Positions 25,165 to 34,709 are shown, numbered from the stretch's first letter. The stretch: DNA of 64,000 nt from Chthoniobacterales bacterium (GCA_035568175.1 DATMON010000004.1:374864-438863), one strand, 5' to 3'. Notes: generated by a model from the sequence alone, not told the origin. Numbers and translations: made by a program.

Positions 25165-25856
25165 TGCGCTTGGAGCCAGATCGCCTGGCGAGCGAACGGA
25201 AAAGCTTTGTGACCGAAATTTGTCCAACCAGCACGTTGCGCCAATTGGTTCATTTCGGAAAAGGAAAAGGCGCGCGCAATCGAAAGCCGGGCATCGTGCT
25301 TCATCATTGGCTCCCGAAACACGGTGGCGGTGAGAAGATGGACGCCAACCGCACCGAACCATCCGCCGCACAGATCAGAGACGAGCACAAATTTTCGGGA
25401 CAGTTTGCGGCAACGTTGGAGTAGGCGCACTGCGTCGTCTTCGCTGAAGTGATGAAGCACCAGCGTGCAGCAGACGATATCGTACGGCTCCATCGGTTCC
25501 CACTCCAGGACGTCTCCTTCAACAAAAGTTATTTCCGAATAACGAGCACTAAGTCTTTTCGCGATCTCGAGGGTCGCAGATTGTTGATCTAATGCGGTGA
25601 TTTGTAATTCCGCGCCAATTTTGCGTCCATACTCGGCGATCAAGCGCGGAATGTCGCCCGAGCCGGTGGCAAGATCGACAATGCGCAGGCGGGCGCCGGG
25701 TTTGATCCAACGGCTGAGAAACATCGAGATGAGCGCGTAACTTCCAAACCAGCGATTGAGCTCCCTGAGATTTTCAAGATCACTTTCCAGTTCGGCTGAA
25801 ACCGGTTGCGGCCGGTCCATCAGCTCGCGCTCAATTGGATTGAATTGCCGCTTCAT
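25161..25856 (-). CDS. Class I SAM-dependent methyltransferase
   Basis: 231 aa. Motif I 'RIVDLATGSGDI' and 'VCCTLVLHHF'. Confidence 0.8.
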   Translation of the reverse strand: MKRQFNPIERELMDRPQPVSAELESDLENLRELNRWFGSYALISMFLSRWIKPGARLRIVDLATGSGDIPRLIAEYGRKIGAELQITALDQQSATLEIAKRLSARYSEITFVEGDVLEWEPMEPYDIVCCTLVLHHFSEDDAVRLLQRCRKLSRKFVLVSDLCGGWFGAVGVHLLTATVFREPMMKHDARLSIARAFSFSEMNQLAQRAGWTNFGHKAFPFARQAIWLQAQ

Positions 25857-25864
25857 TCACGAAC

Positions 25865-25924
25865 TGTAGCGGCGGTCTGCGACCGTCGCATTAATTCGTC
25901 CGACGCTCATAGAGCGCCGCTACA
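25865..25924. repeat. REP-like palindromic element (copy a), intergenic
   Basis: TGTAGCGGCGGTCTGCGACCGTCGC...GAGCGCCGCTACA. It has a 10-bp terminal inverted repeat (TGTAGCGGCG/CGCCGCTACA) and an internal stem GCGGCGGTC-TGC-GACCGTCGC. Its first 15 nt, including the preceding C, are identical to copy d. Confidence 0.7.
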
Positions 25925-26651
25925 AAGAAAGAAATTTTCGCCACGATTCCGGCAGGTCCGCCGTTTCAATCTCGCTGGCGATGCGGCCTTCGAATTCGGG
26001 CTGAAATGTTGTGCTGGTTCCGTAAACCATGAGCACGTCTTCCGAACCTTCGGTCCGAATCGCGTGCGCTACGCCAGGCGGAATCACGACGCCAACATTA
26101 TTGCGGCTGCGATGATTGTCGCCGTCGACAAAAAATCGCATGTTGCGCACGGGTAGACCGGCGCGCACATCCCGTAGAAAAATCTCAGCACGACCCTGGA
26201 GAAAGAACATGATGTCCCACTGCTCGCGATCGTACGGACGCAGCGAATAGTTCTGCGGTTGGCTGACAAATAAACGCCGCAACCATTTTTCCGCTGTCGT
26301 GTCCGCCGGAACGCTGGGGGGATGAATATGAAATCCTTTCGCGCTGTTTGCGAACATCCGTGCAGCCGACCATTGCCGTGGCCAAAGCTTGATCTTACCC
26401 AGAACCCCTTGCGAATCGCGCGCCAACTCGCCAAAACTGCCCCGATGGCGTTGGGGATGAATCTCTCTGGAAAAAATCTCAACGCCCGGGATCCAAACTT
26501 TCTTCAGTTCTGCGCCGCGACCGGCGGCCAGTTCGCCGCCATCGACGCCCGTTCCCGCGATTCGCTGGGCGACAGTACCGTTTTTGTAGTTACGCGGCGA
26601 GAGCCCTTTTCGTGCACGCTCATTAAGACCGAGCCACAAATCTTCTTTCAT
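25920..26651 (-). CDS. RmlC-like cupin (dTDP-4-dehydrorhamnose 3,5-epimerase-like)
   Basis: 243 aa. Cupin strands 'KGFHIHPP' and 'VVIPPGVAHAIR'. The family-level call only. Confidence 0.65.
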   Translation of the reverse strand: MKEDLWLGLNERARKGLSPRNYKNGTVAQRIAGTGVDGGELAAGRGAELKKVWIPGVEIFSREIHPQRHRGSFGELARDSQGVLGKIKLWPRQWSAARMFANSAKGFHIHPPSVPADTTAEKWLRRLFVSQPQNYSLRPYDREQWDIMFFLQGRAEIFLRDVRAGLPVRNMRFFVDGDNHRSRNNVGVVIPPGVAHAIRTEGSEDVLMVYGTSTTFQPEFEGRIASEIETADLPESWRKFLSL

Positions 26652-26776
26652 GTTGTTTGGCAGAGCCGCTTATATGCCTAACGAGACTTCATGCCGACCG
26701 CCACATTATATTCATTGCAGCGGCGCGCAGGCAAATTTACGCTGGACGCCTTCGGCGAGCGCGCTGGCCGAGATCG

Positions 26777-28675
26777 ATGCTCCAGTATTTCGCTTACCTT
26801 ATTTACCGCGCAGGCTTTGCCCTGATTGGTCTTTTGCCATTACGGGCAGCGTTTGCGCTTGGAAACGCGTTGGGCTTCTTCGCCTGGCTCGTTCTTGGGA
26901 AATATCGGCGCCTGGGATTTCATAACATTGACATTGCATTCGGCGCGGAAAAATCGCCGCGAGAAATGCGCCGGCTCGTCCGTCGCCATTTTCAGCGACT
27001 GGGCGCAAACCTTCTTTCCAGTTTGAAGCTGGCGGCTATGCCGCTCGAGAAAGCGCGCATGAAGGTCCGAATCGAAAATGCCGATGCGGCCGAACGCGAA
27101 TTGCGCGGCGGCCGGTCGGTTGTTTTCATTTTGAGCCACATCGGAAACTGGGAACTGCAGGCGCAAATGTTTCCGGCCGCGATCGGCTATGTGCGCAACA
27201 GCACAATCTATCAGCCACTCAAAAACCGTTACATCGACAAACACGTCCGCGCGTTGCGCGGACGCGCCGGCGTCGAGCTTTTCGATCGCAATGAAGGTTT
27301 TCAGAAAGCGATTGAACTCTTGCGTGGCGGCGGTGCGATCGGAATTCTGAGCGACCAACACACGGGCGATCAGGGTCTGTGGGTGCCATTCTTCGGAAAG
27401 CTCGCCTCGACCACATCGTTGCCGGCGCTGTTAGCTAAACGCACAGGCGCGGCCGTCCTCGGCACTGCCATTTACACTGAATCGCCTGGACGCTGGAGGA
27501 TGTCGTTTACTGATCGAATCGACGCTCCCGGCGATTCGGTGGAAGCGCTCACCGCCAAAGCCAACGATCTGATCGCGACCCAGACCCGCCGTGCACCGGA
27601 GGACGGCTTTTGGCTGCACAATCGCTGGAAAACACCGCGCCCAAATTTCCTTCTCGCGCGTTATAAACGCGGCGTTTATTTCCCGAAGGATTTGCCGCCG
27701 GAACAATTGAAAGCATTCCGGATTCTCATTCGCAGCAGCAATTGGCTGGGCGACGCGATCATGAGCGTGCCGGCGGTACGCGCGATCAAAAAAGGTCGTC
27801 CGGACGCGCACGTTACGATCCTCGCGCCAAAAAAAATTGCGCCGATGTGGAAATTGATCTCGGAAGTCGACGAGATCTTGTCTCTGCCAAACAAATCGCT
27901 TTTCAGCGCAGTTCGCCTGATTGGGCGACAAGAGCGCTTCGATGTCGCGATCTTGTTTCCCAATTCATTGCGCGCGGCGATCGAGGTCTGGCGAGTTCCG
28001 AGAAAAGTCGGCTATCGTGGACACGCGCGCGGCTGGTTATTAAATCAAATCGTTCGCCAGCCGCGTCGGCCGGGCCCGCCCGAACATCACGCGACGCGGT
28101 TTCTGCGCATCGCGGACGATTGCGGCGCGGATGTCGATCTTAACCAGCCCGCAAAAACGCTGTTGCCTCTAACTTCGAAGAAGAAAAATAAGAAACTTCT
28201 CGGTCTGTGTCCCGGCGCGGAATACGGTCCGACTAAACGCTGGCTACCGGAGCGCTTCGCGGAAGCGGCGGCCGCGATTTCCGCGCAATCAAGTGCCAAA
28301 TGGATTTTGTTCGGGACCAAAAAAGATGAAGCGATCGGTGAAACAATCGCTACGGCGCTTGGCGACAACTGCTCGAACCGAATCGGCCAAACGACTCTTG
28401 ATCAGTTGATCGAGGACCTGGGCGGCTGTCGTGCACTTTTGACAAACGACACCGGAACGATGCATCTCGCGGCCTTGCTCGGCGTGCCAGTGGTCGCGAT
28501 TTTTGGTTCGACCGAGCCTGCGCTCACGGGGCCTCTCGGCGACGGGCACATCATCATTCGACATCACGTGGAATGCAGTCCGTGTTTTTTGCGCGAATGT
28601 CCGATTGATTTTCGCTGCATGAAAACAGTGACCGTACCGGAAGTCGTAAATGCGGTGATGTCGATCTTACGATGA
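26777..28675 (+). CDS. Fusion: lipid A late acyltransferase (LpxL/HtrB family) + GT9 heptosyltransferase
   Basis: The N-terminal ~300 aa, 'LSHIGNWEL' (HX4E) ... 'FWLHNRWK', is the LpxL family signature. The C-terminal ~330 aa, 'ILIRSSNWLGDAIMSVPAVRAIKKGRPDAHVTIL..LLTNDTGTMHLAAALGVP', is the GT9 (WaaF/WaaC-like) signature. The ATG at 26777 is preferred over the track start at 26657. Confidence 0.85.
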   Translation: MLQYFAYLIYRAGFALIGLLPLRAAFALGNALGFFAWLVLGKYRRLGFHNIDIAFGAEKSPREMRRLVRRHFQRLGANLLSSLKLAAMPLEKARMKVRIENADAAERELRGGRSVVFILSHIGNWELQAQMFPAAIGYVRNSTIYQPLKNRYIDKHVRALRGRAGVELFDRNEGFQKAIELLRGGGAIGILSDQHTGDQGLWVPFFGKLASTTSLPALLAKRTGAAVLGTAIYTESPGRWRMSFTDRIDAPGDSVEALTAKANDLIATQTRRAPEDGFWLHNRWKTPRPNFLLARYKRGVYFPKDLPPEQLKAFRILIRSSNWLGDAIMSVPAVRAIKKGRPDAHVTILAPKKIAPMWKLISEVDEILSLPNKSLFSAVRLIGRQERFDVAILFPNSLRAAIEVWRVPRKVGYRGHARGWLLNQIVRQPRRPGPPEHHATRFLRIADDCGADVDLNQPAKTLLPLTSKKKNKKLLGLCPGAEYGPTKRWLPERFAEAAAAISAQSSAKWILFGTKKDEAIGETIATALGDNCSNRIGQTTLDQLIEDLGGCRALLTNDTGTMHLAALLGVPVVAIFGSTEPALTGPLGDGHIIIRHHVECSPCFLRECPIDFRCMKTVTVPEVVNAVMSILR

Positions 28676-29097
28676 ATTCTGACGCACCGCGCATCCGCAC
28701 CGAAGTGCAGGTAATGTTCTTCGACACAGATTGCGGTGGTGTCGTGTCGAATATCGCCTATCTCCGTTTCATAGAAATTGCGCGGACATTGCTCGCGGAA
28801 AAGCTTGGCCTGCCGCTCGCCGAAATGACGAAAACACAAAAATACCCGGTGGTGGTCCGGACGGAGATCGATTATCGCCGCGCCGCAAAGCTGGGTGACA
28901 ATTTGTTCGTCGATGGTTGGCTTGAGCAATTGCAACGCGCGCGATTCTGGTGCGCCTTCCGAATTACACGACCAGCGGATGACGCATTGATCGCCGAATG
29001 CCGGCAAACATTGGCTTTAATTGAAATGCCAGCTGCGAAATTGCTGCCGTTACCGGCCGATTGGGAAAAATATCGCGCTCGTCCGAGTTCGGACTGA
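28672..29097 (+). CDS. Acyl-CoA/acyl-ACP thioesterase (4HBT hot-dog, YbgC-like)
   Basis: 141 aa. '[25 protein letters not shown]' is typical of the 4HBT family. The start overlaps the stop of the preceding gene (ATGA). Confidence 0.75.
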   Translation: MNSDAPRIRTEVQVMFFDTDCGGVVSNIAYLRFIEIARTLLAEKLGLPLAEMTKTQKYPVVVRTEIDYRRAAKLGDNLFVDGWLEQLQRARFWCAFRITRPADDALIAECRQTLALIEMPAAKLLPLPADWEKYRARPSSD

Positions 29098-29108
29098 CGA
29101 TTAGCGGA

Positions 29109-30899
29109 ATGACTGCCGGCACCCGCACTTTCAGTATTGAGGATGCTCTGCTTGATCCCCCGGCGTTGCCTCCGCCTCCATTGCGCCACGCGCTATTTGC
29201 TTCGCTGATCGCGCTCGCGGCGCTGCTTCATCTAACCACCATGGGCTGGGGAGATCTCTATAATCACACCGAGGGCCAATATGCCGGCGCGGCGCGCGAA
29301 ATGATCCAAACCCATCAGTGGCTCTGGCCGACGAACGACGGCTTGCCGCGACTGCCGAAACCGCCACTGCTTTACTGGCTCATCATCGGCTCTTTCAAAA
29401 TTTTCGGAATCCATTCCGCCGCCGCGCGTCTGCCAATCGCAATGGCAACGATGGCGAGCGTCGCGCTCACATTTCTAATCGGCGAGAAACTGAAAGATTA
29501 CTGGTGCGGATTTTTTGCAGGTCTGATCTATCTTGGCAGCTGCGGCACAGCGGTGCTCGGGCGAGTCATCATGCCCGAACCTGTGTTCAGCGCCTTCATC
29601 GCCGGCGCGATTTTATGCGGTGTGTGCGGTTACAAGCGGCGACGAGGACGTAATCTGTGGTTCCTCGGTTTCTGGATTTGTTGCCTCTTGGCCTGCCTGA
29701 CGAAAAGCTTGCTGGGATTAATCTACCCGCTGGCGATTTTTCTTTTGCTGTCGGTTTTTTACCGCGAGGCACGCCTGCGTTTCCGTCGCCTTTTTCATTG
29801 GGGGTATATGTCGATCTTCATTGTTCTGTTTGTTCCGTGGTACGTCGCGACGGAACGGCATTTCCCCGAATTTTTGCAGCAACTTTTGCGAGTCGAATGG
29901 CTCGGACATTTGCGTTCTTTTTCCAACGTTCCGGGAAGCGATAACGGAGTCCCGCCGCTTCAATTTGTTTGGATGCACCTGGTTTGGTGGTTCCCGTGGT
30001 CGTTCGCTGTTGTTCCAGGAGCGATCTTTACCTGGCGAAAAATGATCCGTCCTGGCGAATTGGAATTTGCCGAAGCGTTGCCGTTGTGTTGGATGGCAGT
30101 GGTTTTTCTGCCACTCCTGATCATCGGACAACGTCAGGATTATTATTCCATGAGTATGTGGAGCGCGTTCGCGATTTTTGCCGTGACCGCATGGGATCGA
30201 CTGTCGAAGAAATGGCAAATTACCGGCGCCGGACTCATGGGAATAACGGGTATTATCGTGGGGCTAGTTGCAGCGCTCCAGCCACACTTCAATTCGACGA
30301 GTGAAACGCGAGACTTTGCAGAAGACGGAAGTTGGACAACATGGGACGCATTACAAACGCTGCGGCCCTCGGCGTGGGGAATTTTGCGCCCTATGCTTAC
30401 CGTCATCGCCGTTTCGCTAATTGTTTCATCGATCGTTGCTGTTTATCTCGCAATGAAACAGCGCCCGCGACTTTGCCTGAGCCTTGTGGCCGCGGCGATG
30501 GTGCCAATTACTCTTTCGCTCGCGGACGGGGTGGCGCAGATGGCGCCACAATTTTCACTCGCTGATGCGGCTCGCTTTTTGGAAAGCAAGAGCACTGACA
30601 AAGATGCGGTGGTCTACGAAGGCGAACTGGATGACGCCAGCAGTCTCGTGTTTTATTTGCATCGCCACTTTTATCTAGTGAACGAGCCAGCCGACGACGA
30701 GATGCACATTGCCGGCGGCGCAAACGTTTCCATTAGCGAAGAGGCGATCTTGCGCCATTGGGGCGATCCGCAGGAAATTTTTTTGATCATCGAACGAGAG
30801 CGAATTCCGTATTGGCAAGAGCTTTTGACGACGCGCTTTCATATTTACCACCAGATGATGGCGAGCGGTCGGTATGTTGTCCTGAGCAATCAGTTATAA
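29109..30899 (+). CDS. GT39/ArnT-like glycosyltransferase (PMT_2 family, polytopic membrane)
   Basis: About 597 aa from the ATG at 29109. '[28 protein letters not shown]' is the ArnT/PMT loop-1 pattern, followed by at least 10 TM helices. Confidence 0.8.
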   Translation: MTAGTRTFSIEDALLDPPALPPPPLRHALFASLIALAALLHLTTMGWGDLYNHTEGQYAGAAREMIQTHQWLWPTNDGLPRLPKPPLLYWLIIGSFKIFGIHSAAARLPIAMATMASVALTFLIGEKLKDYWCGFFAGLIYLGSCGTAVLGRVIMPEPVFSAFIAGAILCGVCGYKRRRGRNLWFLGFWICCLLACLTKSLLGLIYPLAIFLLLSVFYREARLRFRRLFHWGYMSIFIVLFVPWYVATERHFPEFLQQLLRVEWLGHLRSFSNVPGSDNGVPPLQFVWMHLVWWFPWSFAVVPGAIFTWRKMIRPGELEFAEALPLCWMAVVFLPLLIIGQRQDYYSMSMWSAFAIFAVTAWDRLSKKWQITGAGLMGITGIIVGLVAALQPHFNSTSETRDFAEDGSWTTWDALQTLRPSAWGILRPMLTVIAVSLIVSSIVAVYLAMKQRPRLCLSLVAAAMVPITLSLADGVAQMAPQFSLADAARFLESKSTDKDAVVYEGELDDASSLVFYLHRHFYLVNEPADDEMHIAGGANVSISEEAILRHWGDPQEIFLIIERERIPYWQELLTTRFHIYHQMMASGRYVVLSNQL

Positions 30900-30979
30900 C
30901 CGAGGATCTTCTGAAGGACAGCGAGAGTGCATTTGAATAATCCTGTCTTCGCGCTAGCTTTGGCGCTCATTTTCGCCCT

Positions 30980-31135
30980 ATGTCACAGCATCGAAGTCTC
31001 AGAGGAGCCAGCACAATTGTCGCGAAGCGCAATGTTCTAAAGCGTTTCGAGCGGGTCGAACTGCTCAAGAAACGCGGCCAATGGAAAGAAGGTCGCAAGG
31101 TTGTCGGTCTTCCCAAAACGAAGCCAGACGCCTGA
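30980..31135 (+). CDS. PVC-type 'small basic protein' (51 aa; below the ORF-track cutoff)
   Basis: Hand translation: MSQHRSLRGASTIVAKRNVLKRFERVELLKKRGQWKEGRKVVGLPKTKPDA. It is strongly basic and resembles my recollection of the conserved ~50-aa 'small basic protein' family of Planctomycetes/Verrucomicrobia/Chlamydiae. The opposite-strand track ORF 30967-31185 looks spurious. Confidence 0.6.
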   Translation: MSQHRSLRGASTIVAKRNVLKRFERVELLKKRGQWKEGRKVVGLPKTKPDA

Positions 31136-31142
31136 TCCGGAC

Positions 31143-31214
31143 GTTGAGCAGTTGAGATGTTGAGCGGTTGAGTGAATCGACTCAACTTTTCAACGACTCA
31201 ACCTCTCAACTTTT
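31143..31214 (+). terminator. Long segmented hairpin + T4 tract ((GTTGAGNN)x4 / (NNCTCAAC)x4)
   Basis: GTTGAG at 31143, 31151, 31159 and 31167. The loop is TGAATCGA. CTCAAC/TTCAAC at 31181, 31189, 31197 and 31205, then TTTT at 31211-31214. This gives four 6-bp helices separated by 2x2 internal loops. It lies 8 nt after the small-protein stop and 4 nt before the next ATG. Confidence 0.45.
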
Positions 31215-31217
31215 GCG

Positions 31218-31964
31218 ATGCGCTTGAATCGGTTCCTTGCCGCAGCCGGCGTCGGCTCGCGGCGGCAATGCGATGAGCTGATCGCGGCCGGGCGCGTCAG
31301 CATCAACGGCCGGGTTTGCACAAATTTCAGCGCGCAACCAAACGAGCGCGATCATGTGAAAATCGATCGCAAGCTGGTTCATCTCGAGAGCGCGATGACG
31401 ATCGCGCTGCACAAACCGGCGGGATTTGTTTCGACCCGAAGCGATCCTCATGCGCGCGACACGATTTTCGATCTGCTGCCGCCGAAGTTTCCCCGTCTTT
31501 TTAATATTGGCCGGCTGGATGCCCAGAGCGAGGGATTGCTCCTGTTAACGAACGACGGCGACTTCGCGCAGCAGCTCACTCACCCACGCTTCAAAATCGA
31601 GAAAGAGTACGAGGTCACGTTAGATCGACGATGGGACAGCGTGCATGCGCAGGAACTTTTACGCGGAATTTTTCTCGAAGGTCAACGCGCGCAAATTGCG
31701 CGACTCCAATCGATCGGCCCGACGAGAGTGCGCGTTGTTTTGCGCCAGGGAATCAATCAGCAAATCCGACGCATGTTTTATGCGGTCGGTTACGAAGTGA
31801 AACGGTTGGTGCGGGTGCGGATCGGAAATCTCCGGCTGGGCGATTTGCCGCGCGGACATTGGCGCGCGCTCAGCAAATCCGAGCTCAACGCTTTAAACCA
31901 GAGCTCTAAAACAAGCCATGTGGGCGCGAGAGCAGGTAAATCCAGTTCGAGAGCAGTAAGATGA
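31218..31964 (+). CDS. RsuA/RluB-family pseudouridine synthase (S4 domain + catalytic domain)
   Basis: 248 aa. S4 domain 'MRLNRFLAAAGVGSRRQCDELIAAGRVSING' and the catalytic motif 'GRLDAQSEGLLLLTNDG'. Confidence 0.85.
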   Translation: MRLNRFLAAAGVGSRRQCDELIAAGRVSINGRVCTNFSAQPNERDHVKIDRKLVHLESAMTIALHKPAGFVSTRSDPHARDTIFDLLPPKFPRLFNIGRLDAQSEGLLLLTNDGDFAQQLTHPRFKIEKEYEVTLDRRWDSVHAQELLRGIFLEGQRAQIARLQSIGPTRVRVVLRQGINQQIRRMFYAVGYEVKRLVRVRIGNLRLGDLPRGHWRALSKSELNALNQSSKTSHVGARAGKSSSRAVR

Positions 31965-32331
31965 CGGCGAGGAGCCGCGTGAACCTTTTCTCCAGCGGAG
32001 TGAACTGGACGATGCGCAATCGAGGGGCGCCAACCACCAAGATGGCGAAAGCGTAAGCGTCGAAGATCGACAATCCGCTCAAGAAAAGAGACACGAGCGG
32101 GTTCCATTTCCATGCACTCCAGAAATCCGCGTGGAAAAAAGCAATGGCTGAGCGAGTCGCGCCGCAAGTGACACACGGGTGCCCGGTGACCGCCAGAAAA
32201 ATGCAATGTGGCCAGGGCAACCCAAGCGCAAACCAGGCGGCCGCACACGCCAGCGAACCAAGCGACACGGTCAGCCAGATTAACTCGTGATCGAGTTCAT
32301 CCGGGGCGAGACGGCGACGCGTCAGTTGCAT
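31906..32331 (-). CDS. DUF2752-family membrane protein
   Basis: 141 aa. 'GHPCVTCGATRS' matches the CxxCG(A/G)TR motif of DUF2752, with 3-4 TM helices. Confidence 0.65.
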   Translation of the reverse strand: MQLTRRRLAPDELDHELIWLTVSLGSLACAAAWFALGLPWPHCIFLAVTGHPCVTCGATRSAIAFFHADFWSAWKWNPLVSLFLSGLSIFDAYAFAILVVGAPRLRIVQFTPLEKRFTRLLAVILLLSNWIYLLSRPHGLF

Positions 32332-32340
32332 CGCCGTCGC

Positions 32341-33237
32341 TCACTGGTTCGCATGCATCAGGGCGCCAAATCCGCCGAGCATCATTACACAGAGGAATCC
32401 ACCGCAGCAGCAGACAATCACCGGGAGCAAGACAGCCAACACAGCTCGGCCGGTATCGGTCTCATGCGCCCGAGCAAGGCCGATGCAGCGAAGGACGAGG
32501 TCCCATATTCCTGCGATCAAACCGCCACAAAGCGGGACAACCATGACTGGAAATACAGACCCGCTGGCAAAACAAACTACTCGGAATGTCGTTTCAAACG
32601 GCTGCTTTGCGCCGCCTACGATCATTAAGCAGACATGCAAAATGGCAGCGTTAATAAAAGCGCCGACCGCAACCAGCACTGGAACAAAAATTATCAGGAT
32701 GACGCCGCCAATCCCCGCACCAATGAGATGGGCAAGAGGATTCGGCCTGTTGGCAAAGACTCCAAGTGATTGAAACGCTAACTGGTAGATGAAATAGAAG
32801 ATCAACCCGAAGCTTCCGCCGATAATCGCGTAAAGGAGCGGTTCGCCGAGGCCGCCTTCGCGTTGCATCGCGGTAAAAGCCTCGCTCGGGCGGGTCAGGA
32901 CCATCTGCAACGTTTCAATAAATCCGGAAAACAATCCCTTGCTATGTCGCTCGTCCCACGGCAAGCCGCTTCGCGGCGCAGATGTCGATCCTGCAGTGGG
33001 AGCGATCATCGCTGGAGCGGTTGGAGTTTGAGGAGGAGGAGGAACACTCGCAGCCGGCGCCGCGGCAATGTCGTCAGCGAAGTCCGCAAATTTCGAAAGC
33101 GGTTGCCAACTCGCCATCCCTTCGCGCCAACCGAGGTCGCTGGGAAGAAAGCGGCCGGCGCGAATTCCTTCGCGAACTTGTTCCTCCGGAAATGCGCCCA
33201 GACTTGTTGCGCCCCGATTAACGTGAATCATCGCCAT
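32341..33237 (-). CDS. GYF_2 (DUF4339) domain + Yip1-like polytopic membrane protein
   Basis: 298 aa. The N-terminus 'IHVNRGATSLGAFPEEQVREGIRAGRFLPSDLGWREGMASWQPL' is the GYF_2 pattern. The C-terminus has five TM helices. Confidence 0.65.
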   Translation of the reverse strand: MAMIHVNRGATSLGAFPEEQVREGIRAGRFLPSDLGWREGMASWQPLSKFADFADDIAAAPAASVPPPPQTPTAPAMIAPTAGSTSAPRSGLPWDERHSKGLFSGFIETLQMVLTRPSEAFTAMQREGGLGEPLLYAIIGGSFGLIFYFIYQLAFQSLGVFANRPNPLAHLIGAGIGGVILIIFVPVLVAVGAFINAAILHVCLMIVGGAKQPFETTFRVVCFASGSVFPVMVVPLCGGLIAGIWDLVLRCIGLARAHETDTGRAVLAVLLPVIVCCCGGFLCVMMLGGFGALMHANQ

Positions 33238-33280
33238 AATCCGGCGTTTTAGTGACCGCTGCCGGCAAAGTCAACTTCAC

Positions 33281-33898
33281 TTAGGCACGGCCGTCATTAT
33301 CGAGCGCGCGCCAGAAATACCAGGCCGCGGCTGAGCGATGAGGCCGCCATTTTTCGCCCAGCTTCATCAGCTGTTTCGGTTTGGGAAGTTTTCTCTTACC
33401 AAACGTTTTCGCGAATCCTTTGCGCACGCCGTAATCGTCCACTGGCCAAACGTCGGGTCGGCCAAGATCGAAAAGGAGCAGCATCTCGACGGTCCAACGC
33501 CCAATTCCACGGACAGTGATCAGACGCGCGATGATTTCTTCGTCACTCATCTTCGCTAATGCCCGCGCGCTCGGCACCGTGCCGTCGATCGTTTTCGCGG
33601 CCAGATCCTTGATGGCGGCGACTTTGTTTCGAGAAAGACCCGCCCCGCGCAACTTTTCGTCAGGCGTTCCCAGAACATGTTGCGGATCGAGATACTTTCG
33701 TCGCGGATAAAGCGCGCGGACGCGTTTCCAAATGGTGGCAGCGGCTTTTCCGCTTAACTGTTGATAAGCGATCGACTCAGCGAGCGCGTCGAATGGTCGA
33801 ACCAATCCGCCCGGCTTCACGTTGTAGCGAAGCGAGCGCTTGATCAGCGCAGCCATCCGCGGATCGGTCGCCGCCAAATATTTTTCAGGCGCAGCCAT
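33281..33898 (-). CDS. DNA-3-methyladenine glycosylase II (HhH-GPD, AlkA-like)
   Basis: 205 aa. HhH 'LITVRGIGRWTVEMLLLF' and the catalytic Asp context 'WPVDDYGVRKG'. Confidence 0.8.
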   Translation of the reverse strand: MAAPEKYLAATDPRMAALIKRSLRYNVKPGGLVRPFDALAESIAYQQLSGKAAATIWKRVRALYPRRKYLDPQHVLGTPDEKLRGAGLSRNKVAAIKDLAAKTIDGTVPSARALAKMSDEEIIARLITVRGIGRWTVEMLLLFDLGRPDVWPVDDYGVRKGFAKTFGKRKLPKPKQLMKLGEKWRPHRSAAAWYFWRALDNDGRA

Positions 33899-33962
33899 GA
33901 ACGAACTTCTCTTCGCTCAGGAAAATGTTTTGCTCAACCGCGCGTTTACGTTTTCGTGAACC

Positions 33963-34709
33963 ATGGCGCAAACGCAACTTACCTGGTATGGGCAATCGGG
34001 CTTCAAAATCGTAACTCCGGGAGAAAAAACGCTTCTGGTCGACCCATGGCTGACCAATCCCGTTTTCAAAAAGGGCAAAGAAACGTTGGCTGCTCTGAAC
34101 GATGTCGATCTAATTTTGCTTTCACACGGCCATTCCGATCACGTCGGAAACGCAGTGGAGATCGGGAAGAAGACGGGAGCAAAATTGGTGGCGAATGCTG
34201 ACTTATCGGCGGTAATGACAAGCGTGTTAGGTTATCCGGGTAAACAAGCGGAGAACGACACGACCGGACACATCGGTGGGCAGCTGACATTACTCAATGG
34301 CGAAACTACGGTTTCCTTTGTTCCGGCATGGCACGGTTCCTCCGTACAGAAGGATAAAAATTCGCCACCGGTCGACGCGGGCACTCCGACGGGACTTGTC
34401 ATTCGCATTCGCAGCGGGCCGACAATTTATCACACCGGCGATACCGGATTTTTTTCCGACATCGCGCGCGTTTCCGATTACAACAAGATCGACGTCATGC
34501 TGGTTTGTATCGGCGATCATTTCACGATGGGGCCGATCCGCGCGGCGGACGCGGTGAAACTGGTCGGACCCAAGATCGCAATTCCGATGCACTACGGCAC
34601 GTTTCCCGTGCTGACCGGAACACCGGATGCGTTTGGGCAGGAATTAAAAAAACGCGGCGTAAAATCTGAGCTACGCGTGATGACCGTGGGAGAGACGATC
34701 ACAGTCTGA
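33963..34709 (+). CDS. UPF0173-type metal-dependent hydrolase (MBL fold)
   Basis: 248 aa. 'LTWYGQSGFKI..LLVDPW..ILLSHGHSDHVGN...IPMHYGTFPVLTG'. Confidence 0.8.
   Translation: MAQTQLTWYGQSGFKIVTPGEKTLLVDPWLTNPVFKKGKETLAALNDVDLILLSHGHSDHVGNAVEIGKKTGAKLVANADLSAVMTSVLGYPGKQAENDTTGHIGGQLTLLNGETTVSFVPAWHGSSVQKDKNSPPVDAGTPTGLVIRIRSGPTIYHTGDTGFFSDIARVSDYNKIDVMLVCIGDHFTMGPIRAADAVKLVGPKIAIPMHYGTFPVLTGTPDAFGQELKKRGVKSELRVMTVGETITV

Noticed and set aside
31143-31210. The GTTGAG/CTCAAC repeats, considered as a mini-CRISPR or other spacer-repeat array.
   Set aside because: The repeats are 6 nt with 2-nt 'spacers', and the two halves are mutually complementary. It is a hairpin, not an array. No cas genes are in the window.
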